From assembly GCF_001194135.2 (NCBI RefSeq), contig NC_068985.1, positions 54,161,656 to 54,225,655 of the forward strand: a stretch of 64,000 nucleotides of DNA, in the 5' to 3' direction. Made by a program: the position numbers and the translations under genes. How positions within the stretch are numbered: position 1 is the first letter of the stretch; every line of letters begins with the position of its first letter. Under the pieces are notes generated by a model. The model saw nothing but the letters and a program-made list of their open reading frames with translations. It had not been told where the DNA came from and ran no database searches. The DNA is from Octopus bimaculoides (taxonomy: Eukaryota). This document shows positions 46,981 through 59,675 of this stretch, piece by piece.

Positions 46981-49900
46981 CATGGCAATATATACAGAAA
47001 AGTGCCAGGTAACATAGCCTACTGCAGATCATCATCCAACTCATACCAGCCATAGAAAACTCATTAAAATGAGAATGGTGCTTATTATTTTAAAGTTACT
47101 TTAGTTGGCTACATAAAGTACTGGAATACTAGTTAAGAAAGTTTTCACTATATAATGTATCTTTGAGCAAGGTACTTTACCTACTTCACAAAAGTATCAT
47201 TAGAGATTTAAAACATTATTTACAAAGTAGATTAGCTAATTAGATAATATACTAAACTGATAGATCAGGAGTTTGTATTTCATTACAGCCCTTGAGCAAG
47301 AAACTTAACAGTAATTTCCTCCTTGTCTAATTATGAGCATCAATCATATACTTTAGTCTAATTATAATATCAAAGTTTATCCATCCCAAACAGGTTTGAC
47401 AAATTTAGTGGTGCCAACTTCTGTTATTTTGTTAGTTATTTTTACCAAATTTTAGAGAGAATCTCAACCACTTTACCAAGCACCATTGCTATAAATGTTG
47501 ACTTCTTGCCAGGAAGTTGCAAACTTGTCATTATCTTAAGATTCTTTGCACATATCTCTTATCACCAACATCAGCCACATTAACATGATAGTTGAAAAGG
47601 TTACATGTCTGAAAATTGGATACAGCATTCTAATTCCTTAAGTATTAGGGTATGTACTTAAAGACTCAATGCAATGTGTGCTAGTAGCATATGCAAGATG
47701 GAAGAAAACAGACAAAACACTTGAAGATGAACGCAAAAGGATACAATGACAAATTTTTCAAAGTATTACAAGTAAATTTGAGTCACACTCAGTGATTGAG
47801 TGTGACACAGAACTGAGTCAAACACTGAAGAGGGCAGCACTATGAAGCGATTAGCACTATGACAGAGTCAAGTGTAGATTACAAATATAGCAATCCATCA
47901 GAATGATGTAAGAACGAAAAATAAATATTATGAGGAATAGTTGAAGTACAAGTAAATAACATGAACAATAACTATCTTGTACTAAGTCTGCCTTTCTTGC
48001 CTCATTTGCAGTTATTACTCCCAAAAAACAAGAAAGGCATTGAAAAACAGGCTAGACAGGAAAATGACTATACCATAGCCCTCACTACCAAAACTGCAGC
48101 TCATATAATAGAATATGAAATGTGACTGAAAACCTGTTAAGCTGCTTCCATATTTTCCTCGTTTATTCTTGAACCATTATAACCATTACCAACACCACCT
48201 CCACCATTTCAACAACAACAGTGCCTCCTCTACACAGTATAACCAATAGGACTTTTATGAAATGAACTAAACAATTAACAATGGAGATAATGGAATGTTT
48301 GAAATAATTTTCAGCCTTGAAGCATATATTAACATTCACTGGAAACATGAAAATATTGGTACCACTTCAAGCAGCATACAATATTGTTTTGTAAGAGGAA
48401 ATTTCCACATAATTAACAGGACTTGCTAGAAATAGCAGTCAAACTTTCCTCCTATCACACACTATACCATCTTAACAAAAAAAGGACACACTGGATAACC
48501 CACTGATACACTGAATTATTACATTCTTGTATGATGAGGACATTATTCTTACAGCTGAATCTGTAGTAGGAGTAGAAAAACGAAACCTAGAATCAACAAG
48601 ACTTACATTTGATTTAGGATAGAGATACACTGTTTCTTTAGCTTGTGTGTGGGTTGGATACAGGGTGGAGGTGTATCCACCCATATGTGTGTGTGCACAT
48701 TTTGAAATCAGAGAACAGAATGTTAGATACTTGAAATCATGTATTAATAATTACACTGAAAATATATTCAGTGCACGCATATTTTAGTGCAGGAAAAAAA
48801 AATGGTACAACATAAGATTTTTGTGCACAGATGACCACTGACAATTAGACACATTATGTCTAAATAAACAAAAGAAATATTTAAAAATAGAGATGGTCAC
48901 TGTTGGATCATATGGTCTGCTCAGTTAGGACTGATGTGAGACTAAGACAATATTTCTATGCCACACTACAATAGAAGGACAAACAAACAATATCTTGAAA
49001 CTGTCACAACAATAATTCATAAATATACATTACATATATATATATAGGTGCAGGCGTAGCTGTGTGGTAAGAAGCTTGCTTCCGAACCACATGGTACCAG
49101 GTTCAGTCCCACTGTGCAGTACCTTGGGCAAGTGTCTTCTACTACAGCCTCAGGCTGACCAAAACCTTGTGAGTGGATTTGGTAGACAGAAACTGAAAGA
49201 AGCCCATCATATATACATGTATATGTTTGTCTCCCCACCATCACTTGACAACTGATGTTGGTGTGTTTACATCTCTGTAACTTAGAGGTTTGGCAAAAGA
49301 GACCAATAGAATAAGCTTACAAAAAATAAGTCGTGGGGTCAATTCGTTTGAGTAAAAACAGTGCTCGAGCATGGCCACAGTCAAACAACTGAAACAAGTA
49401 AAAGAATATACAAACAGGAGATTGGAAAAAAAAAATCTTGGTATTATTCACCATTATTACACTTGTTTCATTTGCTAACAGAAATCACAAAATTATACAT
49501 GTAGGAGAAACATGTAAGATATCTCCTGTTAGGAATTCTTCAGACAGGGAACCAAGTAATTATTTGAGATAGAGAAACAAATAATTTTTTCCAATCTCCT
49601 GCTTTGATATATGATTGCTCAGCAAAAAATATTTTCCAGTAATTTTCAAATGTTATGCATACCTCACACAAACAACATCTACATACAATCTTGGAATACT
49701 AGAATAAGCAGATGTGCTTCAAGAGAACACAGCTTGGACTATAATCCTATCTGCACAGCACCCATGATAGCGCCACATAAAAGCATCTATGCCAGTGCTG
49801 CATAAAAGCACCTAGTATGCTTGGTAAAGTGACTGGCATTAGGAAAGGCATCCAGCTGTAGAAACCATGCCAAAATACACATGAAGCCCAAACAGCTCTT

Positions 49901-51379
49901 CAGCTGGTCAGCTTCTGTCAAACTGTTCAACCCACACCAGCATAGAATACGGATATTAAATGATGATGAAGATGGTGTTGACAACAATGGTACACACATA
50001 CATCTGTACATATATGCATGGACGAATGAATGAATGAATGACTAAACTGAATGAAAAACAATATGCTGCACAGCAACAATAAATAGAAGACAAGCTAAGA
50101 CTCAGATGGTAATGTAAATAAACTTTTAGAAAAAGAAATCATAAGAAATCAAACAGAGTTTAATAAAATGTTATTAATGAACACAAACTCAATAGGCAAT
50201 ACATAAACCTATCTTGAAATAAAATAGATTGGAAAAGTAAGAAATACTTATTTCATCCAATAAGATCATTGTAAAAAGAAAAATCACTGTAACATTAAAT
50301 CATGTCTAGAGGAATTAAAAAAGAAACAAACTAAGGGATTATAACATGTTTACAAAAGAAATTTCCATGCTTAACAATATACTGGGAAAGCAATTATATG
50401 AATTTTCTGACTTATTTCCACTGAGAAACATCAGAAATAAATACAAGTTTTGATATAAGTTTGACTAAGTTTATTAAAGAAGGAAGATGTGAAGAAACTT
50501 AAAGTTCTTTGAGAGTATGTATCAATGATATGTATATGTCAATCATCAGCATCATCATCTTCATTATCATCAGCATCATCATCTTCATTATCATCATCAT
50601 TTAATGTCCACTTTTCCATGCTTGCATGAATCAGATGGAACTTGTTGAGACAGATTTTCTGCAGCTGGCTGACCTTTCTATCATCAACCCTCACTTGTTT
50701 CCAAACAAGATAATATTTCTCATGGCCAGACATTTGTAATGGATGACAGGAAACAAACACCACCACTTTTATGACAGTGATGCTCATTTACAATCATAAC
50801 AATCATATCAAGACAAGGATATACATACAAACATGCGTATGTGCAATAGACTTAATAATAGTTTCTGTCATCCAAATTCACTCACAAAGCATTTACTCAC
50901 AAGTCCAGGGCAATAGTAGAAGATACTTGCCCAAGATGCCATGCAGTGTAGCTGATTCCAAACCACATTGTCACAAAACCAGCTTCTTAAACCACAAAGT
51001 CATGTATGTGTGAATATGATTATATTTATACTGATCTACACATTAGTGTTGTTTATGATGTATCCTTTTACCTCTTGCAACTTAGCAGCTCAACGAATAG
51101 GTTTCAATAAAATAAGTAGCAGACTGAAGTAAGTACCACGGTCAATATGACTGACTAAAACCCTTGAAAGTGGTGCCCCAGCTTGGACACTGCCCAGTGA
51201 CTAATACCAGTAAAAGAAAGATTGTATACAACAACTAAAATAACAAGGTTTCTTAGGAACAAATAGATACAAGAAAAGTTACAGTTTGTGTTATCAAAGA
51301 AAACACCAAAAAACCCTACAATGGTTCTGAGAAATACAATTAAGAGAGAAGACAGAAGTCAAGGAAAACAACTATTATA

Positions 51380-52262
51380 TGAGGTCTGATCAATAAGTAT
51401 ACAGACTGTTGCTATACTAATGAAGCTAAAGCATGCAGAGTGAAGCTGCTTGGTAAAGGCTGATGTAGAATTCTGCTGTTTAAGTTTTAACATTGTAGCT
51501 CACTGCTGCTGTTTATAACAGAGCTTGGAAGGAAGGTGTGTAGCGTGTAGTCGCCACATAAACCATGACAGAGAAAGTTGTCATGGCGATACCTGCTCAG
51601 AGGCTTATGCAAAGTTGCAGAAAGTGTATCAGGAGGAGTGTATGAGTCACACACAAGTGTACAAGTGATCCACATGTTTCCAAGATGGCCGAAAAATGTC
51701 AATATTGACGAATGTTCTGGGAGACCCACAACCAGTAGAACTGAGTAAAACATTGCAGATGTGTGTGCAGTTGTGAGGGGAAGTCATCAAATCACCATCT
51801 GTGAGTTATCAGAGATGTACAGATTAGTTACAGTTCAGTTCAGTCCATTATCACTGAAGATTTGGGTATGAGACACATGTCTGCCAAGTTTGTACCAAAC
51901 CTGCTTTCAGTTGACCAAAAAAACACTTGGGTTTCAATTTCAGAAGATATCCTTGATTGTGTCGAGAACAATGCAAATTTTTGAAAACTTTGTGTAGGAC
52001 TCTGAGCAGGTATTGCCAAGCTTTTGGCCAAATTTGATGCAGATTCTCTGCTCAACTTTCTCTGTCATGGTCAATGCAACAATCATACATTACACATGTT
52101 CCTTCCAAGCACTGCTGTAGACAGCAGAAGTGAGTTAGAATGTTAAAACTTAGGGCACAAACACAGCAGAGTGCAAGGTCAATTTATGCCAAGCAGCTTC
52201 ACTCTGCATGCTTTAGCTTTGTTACTATGGCAACAGTCCGGATACTTATTGATCAGACCATG
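51380..52262. mobile_element. Fold-back (palindromic) mariner derivative, irritans-like
   Basis: TA-flanked ends (T/C)GAGGTCTGATCAATAAGTAT on both sides. The right 280 bp is an inverted copy of the left end including the transposase start (MTEKVEQRICIKF..KLGNTCSE). The middle encodes decayed HTH to the FVPNLLS region; no catalytic domain. Confidence 0.88.
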
Positions 52263-53409
52263 TATATTGAACAGAATATGTCAATTTTTTTCATCAATAC
52301 TTGTATGTAATGGACAAATCTTAACACCTTGTCTTTATGTACAACATCAATGTGAATAGTTAAAATTGAACTGCAATTTATAACGTTAGAAAAAGAGATC
52401 AGAAGTAATGGTTTGATGGTATTGTTTAAATCTTTTTTTTTATCATATTTCTGTCAAAACACTGCTTTTCATTCAATTAATTTTGGGAACTATGAAGAAT
52501 TTAGGAAAATAACTATTGTTTTTAAGTTGGAGTTTGAAATAAATTAACAAGGAAGTTTGATTGAAGAAGCTTGGATCACAGAATCAGGAATAGTTTCAGG
52601 CAAGATATCAAAATGGTTAATTACGAAAAAGATTAAATTTGGTTCATTACGATTTTAATTTACTTTAAGATTATACTTGAAGAGATGTAGATTATGCATA
52701 CATAATTCTATAACAATATGACCAACTAAATATAATATCTATATATAGTCAAATATTCGGAAGTAAGGATGTTTAGTAGCTAAACATATCCAGTTAAATG
52801 GAGTTGATTAATCTAGGATCAAACTAGATACATGTTTGCATTTAAAATGAGGAAAAATATACAAACATAAAAATGAGTACATATATAGGAGAAAATAAAA
52901 ATGTGAGGATTCAGTGGAATTCAAACCCATGTCTTCTGGCTATAATAATTAGTAGACTAGATGATCCCAGCTGAACCCAACTCCACCATCAGCATCTTCC
53001 TACCAGTAGCAGATGTCAAATTTTGAGAGTTTATTTTGAGTACTAGCACATATACACTTCATACCTCACGTGTGTGTTTTGATTTGACATTATTATATAT
53101 TAAATAATATTTGACCAAGTAGATGACAGTGGTGACACTTCTGCTGGGTCAGGTAATATTTGGAATAATGGGTAGAAGAATTTGTATAGAAATTCTATGT
53201 ATCTTGCAGTATTTAGTCACATGAACTTTATGCTCCAAATTCAAATTATGCTGGGGCTGGTTTTGCCTTTTGTCGTTCATATACACCTAACATTACACTT
53301 CCAGCAGAGTATGCCTTCTTCCTTTCTTTCCAGCATTCACACATCCTCTACATTCAGTCCCCAACTTTCATTACTATATCTCATCCTTGTTCATGCATGA
53401 CTATTATAC

Positions 53410-54620
53410 AATCTACCTTTCACGCTGAGAGAAAGAACATTTTGTTCTCAGCAGAGGTAACAGCTCATGGGACTTTTTTTTTTACCCTATTCTTATTCTG
53501 GCTACTTTGCTCTCAGTGCATCCTTTTCCTTAACTGATTAGGTTACCTTGGTAACAGAAGCTATCAACTACTTCTACAGAGCCTTCCAAGTATTAGAAAG
53601 AATTCAGTTTACTTGTGAAACTGCTTCACAACCACATGGTCTTAGGTTCAGCCACACAATACAACACCTTGGGCAAGTGTCTTCTACTATAGTCTCAGGC
53701 TGAACAAAACCTTGTGAATGGGTTTGGTAGATGAAAACTGAAAGAAGCCCATCACGGATGTATGTGTGTACCCTTCTCTTGACATCATATGATAGCTGCA
53801 AACAAATATCACTACCAAAGAAGCAAATGGTGTTCATTTTCAGTTCTGTGAAAAACATGCCCAGCCATAAGGAAATATCATGTTGCTTGGAAACATGTGA
53901 AGGATAGTGGTAGGAAGGGCAGCCAACAGTAGAAAACCTGCCTCACAGAATTCCATCTGACCCATGGAAGTATGAGAAAATGAACATTAAAACAATAATG
54001 ATGGTGTTCTGGCACATATAAAGCCTTCATTCGTGGTCAGCTTGTTTTTGAGCTCACAAAACCTACACTGTATGGAATTTCGAACTCCTTTTCTGCAAAG
54101 AACAACCATTTCCTTGATGCCAACAGGGTTCTGTCATCTTTCTTATTAACTAAAACCTTAGTTTTCGAGTCTAAATTAAGTTTTCTCTGGGGCATCTCAA
54201 TCCTGGATTTTGTTTCCACAACAGGAAGTTTTTTGCTATAAGAATGAGGTTATCAGTGCATCCTCTTTTATAGCTTGAAGGACTATAGCAAATAGATGGT
54301 GGCTGAGAACAGCCTTGAAAGGTGCCAGAGCACTAAATTCCTCATTAAACTCCTTGCCAACTCACACTTTGCTGACTACATTTCTCTATATGACATGTGT
54401 TACTCTCATACACCATTCATCTACTATGTTTTTTTATTTTTAGGAATCACCAAACTACAGATAAGGAGTACCTTGTCAAAGCCTGCTCCAAATGCTAGGT
54501 AGAGAGGCTTACTCTTAGCTAAAAGCTTTTATTGTAATTATCTCACTACAAAAGGAAAACATAAGAAGTAACCCTACCTGGCACAAATCCAAACAGCATC
54601 ACATCTAAATTATCTCTTCC
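53410..54620 (-). mobile_element. RTE-clade LINE RT fragment interrupted by a family B SINE (53610-54005)
   Basis: Minus translation gives pieces GFDKV...VDEW...VVSKV*VGKEFNEEF, CRKGVRNSIQC and VEVVDSFCYQGNLIS. Confidence 0.75.
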
Positions 54621-55589
54621 AAATCAATTGTGTTAAAACACTAATATTTTCATACCTCTGTAACTGCTGTTGATGATAACACTGCTACCTCCCTACACTT
54701 CTAAGTTGACTATGTAGATGACTAGCTTGAGTTTTACTTTGCTAAATATTTTCATTATCATCATCAATATTATTATACATGTACTTTCTATGCTAGCATG
54801 TATTGGACAATTCTCAGTGACTATCCTTGATAGGCCAACAAACATAAAGAGTATTATATATATCTAATAATTCAGAGGGATTATACTCACATTTCATTGA
54901 TATTCCAGAACAATGACCACTACAATATACGTCTTCAATATAATCCACCACTGTACAAAACTACGAAAATTATTTAACAACAATTTGTATCTAAGTTCTA
55001 TATCCAGTATTCAAGTAAGTTGTGTGCCAACTATGTACTGAATAACATTCTAACGAATCAATAGCTATTTTATATCTGATACACAGTTTTTACAATGCAT
55101 CAAAGCACAAACACACACACACATGGTATTAAACTTATCAATTAAAACCAGTTTATATCTGGACCATTGACCAAGTATCAGAATAAGAAATCAATGTTAA
55201 ATTTGTAAACAACATTAGGAGCTTCTAAAAGGGGTTAAAAAAAATATTTTAAAAATTCACTTTCTTTTCATTTTATATAAAAGCTAGGTTGTAGTTTTAT
55301 TTATTCAATATATAGATAAATGTTTAAAATATATCAATATGCTACACCTATATGCATACAGATGGTAGTACATAACAGCTGTGTGATTGTACATGCACAG
55401 AGAGATTAAGCAACTAGTTTCATTTACATTCCTTTCAGAAACAGTTAAATTAAGGAAAAATTAAATTTATTTTGAGTAACTAACTGTATTTATATATTTG
55501 ATTCCTACAATTGTAAAAATAAACTTTCCAAGCACAAAAGTTTACAGTTGAAAAATTTCTTATGGCTATTCACTTCCATAAAACAAGCT

Positions 55590-55880
55590 TAAGTCATTCA
55601 CAAACAGGGTCCAGCCGCTGACCTTTTCTACTGCTACTATAATGACTCCTCAAAGCTAGCTGGAGTCATACATACCATCTCCATTCAAGACTTCTTACCC
55701 ATTTGTCTTTCCTCCTCTCATTATTTTTGTTGCTTCTAACATCTGCTTCATAAACACAGCACTAATCACTAAACTCAGTCCTCAGAACATTCCTCATTGG
55801 AACTTCTTTCACACAAAGTTGTGACTTGATGGTTCAAGAGAAACATGAATGGCAATTTCATAGGCACTACTCCTTCCTCT
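55590..55880 (+). mobile_element. Possible decayed CR1/Jockey-like LINE 3' end
   Basis: Weak resemblance to the LFYRYYN..S.EL ... WN.L C-terminal pattern; heavily mutated. Confidence 0.35.
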
Positions 55881-56626
55881 AGATATTTTTCAATAGTATC
55901 ACCATTTTTGTTGTTGTCTAAAAGTCAGTTAACTCTATAATAAAAAGACATTCCAGCCAAGACAATCCCAACCTTTATTATATATAGTCAATGTGCTAAG
56001 ACTGACATCATTCACTATTTTTCAAGATAGCGTTTGAAAGGATAAAGATTTCATTATTATTTTTAAGATTTCAAGTAACTAAGTAGAGGCATACTCTACA
56101 GAATAAATAAGATATTTGTACAGGTAATTCTAGACTTGAAGCAGATAAGTAGGTCAAGTTATTTTATTATATGTTAATAATTTCAAAATTGAAATGTGTA
56201 TCAATCAAGCTACTCTGACAACGAAAAGTGCTGTCACTGTTGTTTTTACATGTTTTGTTGGTCCTCTCCATCATCACTACCACACCAAACAGGTCTGACT
56301 AGGTCAGTTCAGCACCAAATCTACTCTTTCCTACTTTTATCGATATTAATAGTTATACTGAAATGGCTTCCACCAAATTACAGTATCCAACCTAATATTC
56401 TCACATAATGTCAACCAATCATTGTCCTCACTACGATTATCATTATTTTAATACTATTTGAGAGAGATGAGGTCCTTCAACCATCCAAGAGGGCAATGAC
56501 TGCAAATAAGAGCTAAAGCAGGCCATGCATCAGATAATAAGCAGTTGGCTAAAATTTGTAAACTAAAATACTGATGATATGAATAATCAGAGTTTAGATC
56601 CACATGATTTATTATGTCATATATAT

Positions 56627-56782
56627 ATCATCATCATCATCATCATCGTTTAACGTCCGCTTTCCATGCTAGCATGGGTTGGACGATTTGACTGAGGACT
56701 GGTGAAACCGGATGGCAACACCAGGCTCCAATCTAATTTGACAGAGTTTCTACAGCTGGATGCCCTTCCTAACGCCAACCAC
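56627..56782 (-). mobile_element. Family D retroposon, young 5'-truncated copy
   Basis: Reverse complement of 29996-30148 with 4 mismatches in about 150 bp by manual comparison. Confidence 0.9.
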
Positions 56783-57003
56783 AAGAATCTATGATCACAC
56801 TCTCATTATTACCAAAATTTCCTCCTGACCAAATTTCCTTCTATTCAGATTATGTCCAGGACCAGCTCTTTAGATACAAAATGTCTTATTGGTGCTGCCA
56901 TATCTTGAGTTTAAGGTGTCCTTACCAACTAACAAAACCTCTTTATTCTTCAAAAATACACTACCTGCCACTCTTCATTACTTATCTCTACATTCTTTTA
57001 GGT

Positions 57004-57331
57004 CAGTGGTTCTCAACTGGGGGGGGGGGTCCATATGGCCCTAAGGATTCATATAAGATTGGTGGGGGGACACGTAATAAAATAATAAATTGAGAATTCA
57101 CAATATTTTAAGGGCTCCTGAAAAAAATTTTGATTTGGATGTATGCATATCTATTACAAGAAACATCTATGTTTCTTTCTCTAACATTCTACATAGTTCC
57201 ACCTACACAAGTTAATGTGAAAACCAAAACAGGAATTTTGAAAGAAGTTTCTATAATATTAGACACTGAATAAAATAGTAAAGAAAGGGGTCCATAGAAA
57301 AAATATGGTTGAGAAACCCCACCATTCCCTG
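57004..57331. mobile_element. hAT (Charlie-like) MITE
   Basis: Left TIR CAGTGGTTCTCAAC; right GTTGAGAAACC[CCACCATT]CCCTG; flanks TTTTAGGT / CTCTAGGT (imperfect 8-bp TSD). Confidence 0.7.
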
Positions 57332-58929
57332 CTCTAGGTAGATGACACATCACCACCATCTTCTCTCTCTTTCAAGCTGGGTAAGCTATGTGTCACCTCT
57401 TTAACACTTCAATACTTGGTATAAAACCACTTCTCTCAATACTACATCTCCACTCTGTCAAGGGGTCTTGTCTTGTGAGTTACTTGATGGCCTCACTAGT
57501 GCCAGTGGACCCAGTGCATGGTATTAGGAAAGACATCTACTCATAGAAACCATGCCAAAGCAGACATTTGAGGTCAGTGCAGTCCTCTGGCTCATAGGCT
57601 CCTGTTGGACTGTCCAACCTATGGAAAAGAGACAGATGTTAAGTAACGACAATGATGATGAATAATATCTTATAAATCCACTGCAGGTTGCTCCTACAAG
57701 ACAACCATATTTCACAGTACACCTCAGTGAGTTTTGAGACAACTGATGTTTAACAATATAAAAATGGTAATAGCATTTATTTCAATGAAGAGCTGTCCCC
57801 GACACACAATTTTCTTCCACAAAGGCCAACACAAGGCACTGGTTTCTATAAGCACAGTTTCTAGTTCCCAGTTCAGGAAGTCAAAAAATGTTAACAATGA
57901 CTAAATAACATCAAGGAAGTTTGGTCCTTCTATCAAATGAAAGAAGTATCTTAGATCTGGGCCGGACAAATTCAAGATCATTGTATATAAGCTTTCAATC
58001 TCAGGCTTGCTAATGTACCAGATCCTTTCACAAGCATTATAATATATGTCACTGTTAACTTTTCAACTTAAGATCTTTGCATATAAAGTCACTTAAAGAC
58101 AGTAGTTAAATATCTTTTACATAAATTATGGTTGTGAGAACCCAAAGCTACTCTCTTAAATGAAGTCAATCTGTCCAGGCACTTCTGGTCTTCTACCACA
58201 CCTCTGACCTGACCAAAGCCTTGTGAGTGAATTTGATAGAGGTCAACTGAAAGAAGCTTGTGATGTGTGTGTCCTTGCATTTGTGTTCGCCTCCCACCTC
58301 ACTTGACAACTAGTGTTAGTGTGTTTATGGCCTCATAATTTAGCAGTCTGGCAAAAGAGACCAATAAAATAAGTGTCAGGTTTTATAAATATAGACTGGG
58401 GTTGATTTGTTCAACTAAACCTTTCAAGTGGCTCCCCAGCATGGCCACAGCCTAATGACTGAAACAAGCGCAAAAAATAGAAATGATTAAAGACTGGATC
58501 TTTGCTAATTAAAATTTCAAGGCAGTACATAATACACACGTGATATACACTAAGTAACATTCCTATGATATCTATCTATCTATCTGTCAATATACACACA
58601 CACACATATATATGTATATACATACATGCACACACACACACACACATTTATATAGACATACACACCTACAAATATGCATACATATACATGTATGTATAGT
58701 CAACAAGTTATGTAATTAAGAGCTCATTTTAATTTGAAACACTTAATCTTTGATGCTATTTATAATTGAAAACATCTCCCCCCACACACACCTCAGAGAA
58801 GCAATTGGAGATGCAATACTTAGTCATATAACATGTTAAATATTAGACGATGATATGATAATGATGTTGCTGTTTATCTCAAGGTGGCCCTGATCAAGCA
58901 CATCTATGATCAAAGGGATTCAAGCCATG

Positions 58930-59140
58930 TGTGAAATGCTTAGTGATATTTCATCTGCCACTATGTTCTGAGTTCTAATTCCACCGAGGTCAATTTTGCC
59001 TTTCATGCTTTTGGGGGTTGATAAATTAAGTACCAGTGAAACACTGGGGTTGATTAAATTGACTAGACCCCTCCCCAAAATTTCAGGCCTTGTGCCTATA
59101 GTAGAAAGGATTATTATTATTATTATTATTATTATGATGA
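58930..59140 (+). mobile_element. SINE family C with (ATT)n tail
   Basis: TTCTGAGTTCTAATTCCACCGAGGTCAATTTTGCCTTTCATG...GCCTTGTGCCTATAGTAGAAAGGATTATTATT. Confidence 0.85.
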
Positions 59141-59627
59141 TGATCATCATTATTATTTGGTTCAAGCAGTGTAACCTAGATCCCATTATTTCATGTGTCC
59201 TTTGTATTAAGGCAAGCACCTGATCCGATGGAAATCTAGTTGTTATTTCAATCAGGTCAAGCTTCATTAGTCTGAATGATAGCAAAGTACGATGATGGTA
59301 CCAAAGATGATAAAGATCAAAATAATGATTGCAGCAGCAGCAGTAGTAATGGTAGTGGTGGTGGTGACAGTAGCTGTAGTGGTCGTGATGATAATGCCAA
59401 TAAGTGTGTGTGTGNNNNNNNNNNNNNNNNNNNNNNNNNNNNNNNNNNNNNNNNNNNNNNNNNNNNNNNNNNNNNNNNNNNNNNNNNNNNNNNNNNNNNN
59501 NNNNNNNNNNNNNNNNNNNNNNNNNNNNNNNNNNNGGGGGGGGGGGAGTAAATAATATTTTGGTAAATAAATTTAAAATCTAATTTATTACCAATATTAA
59601 GTATCAGAAAGAAAGAGAGAGATGATG

Positions 59628-59675
<48 letters not shown>

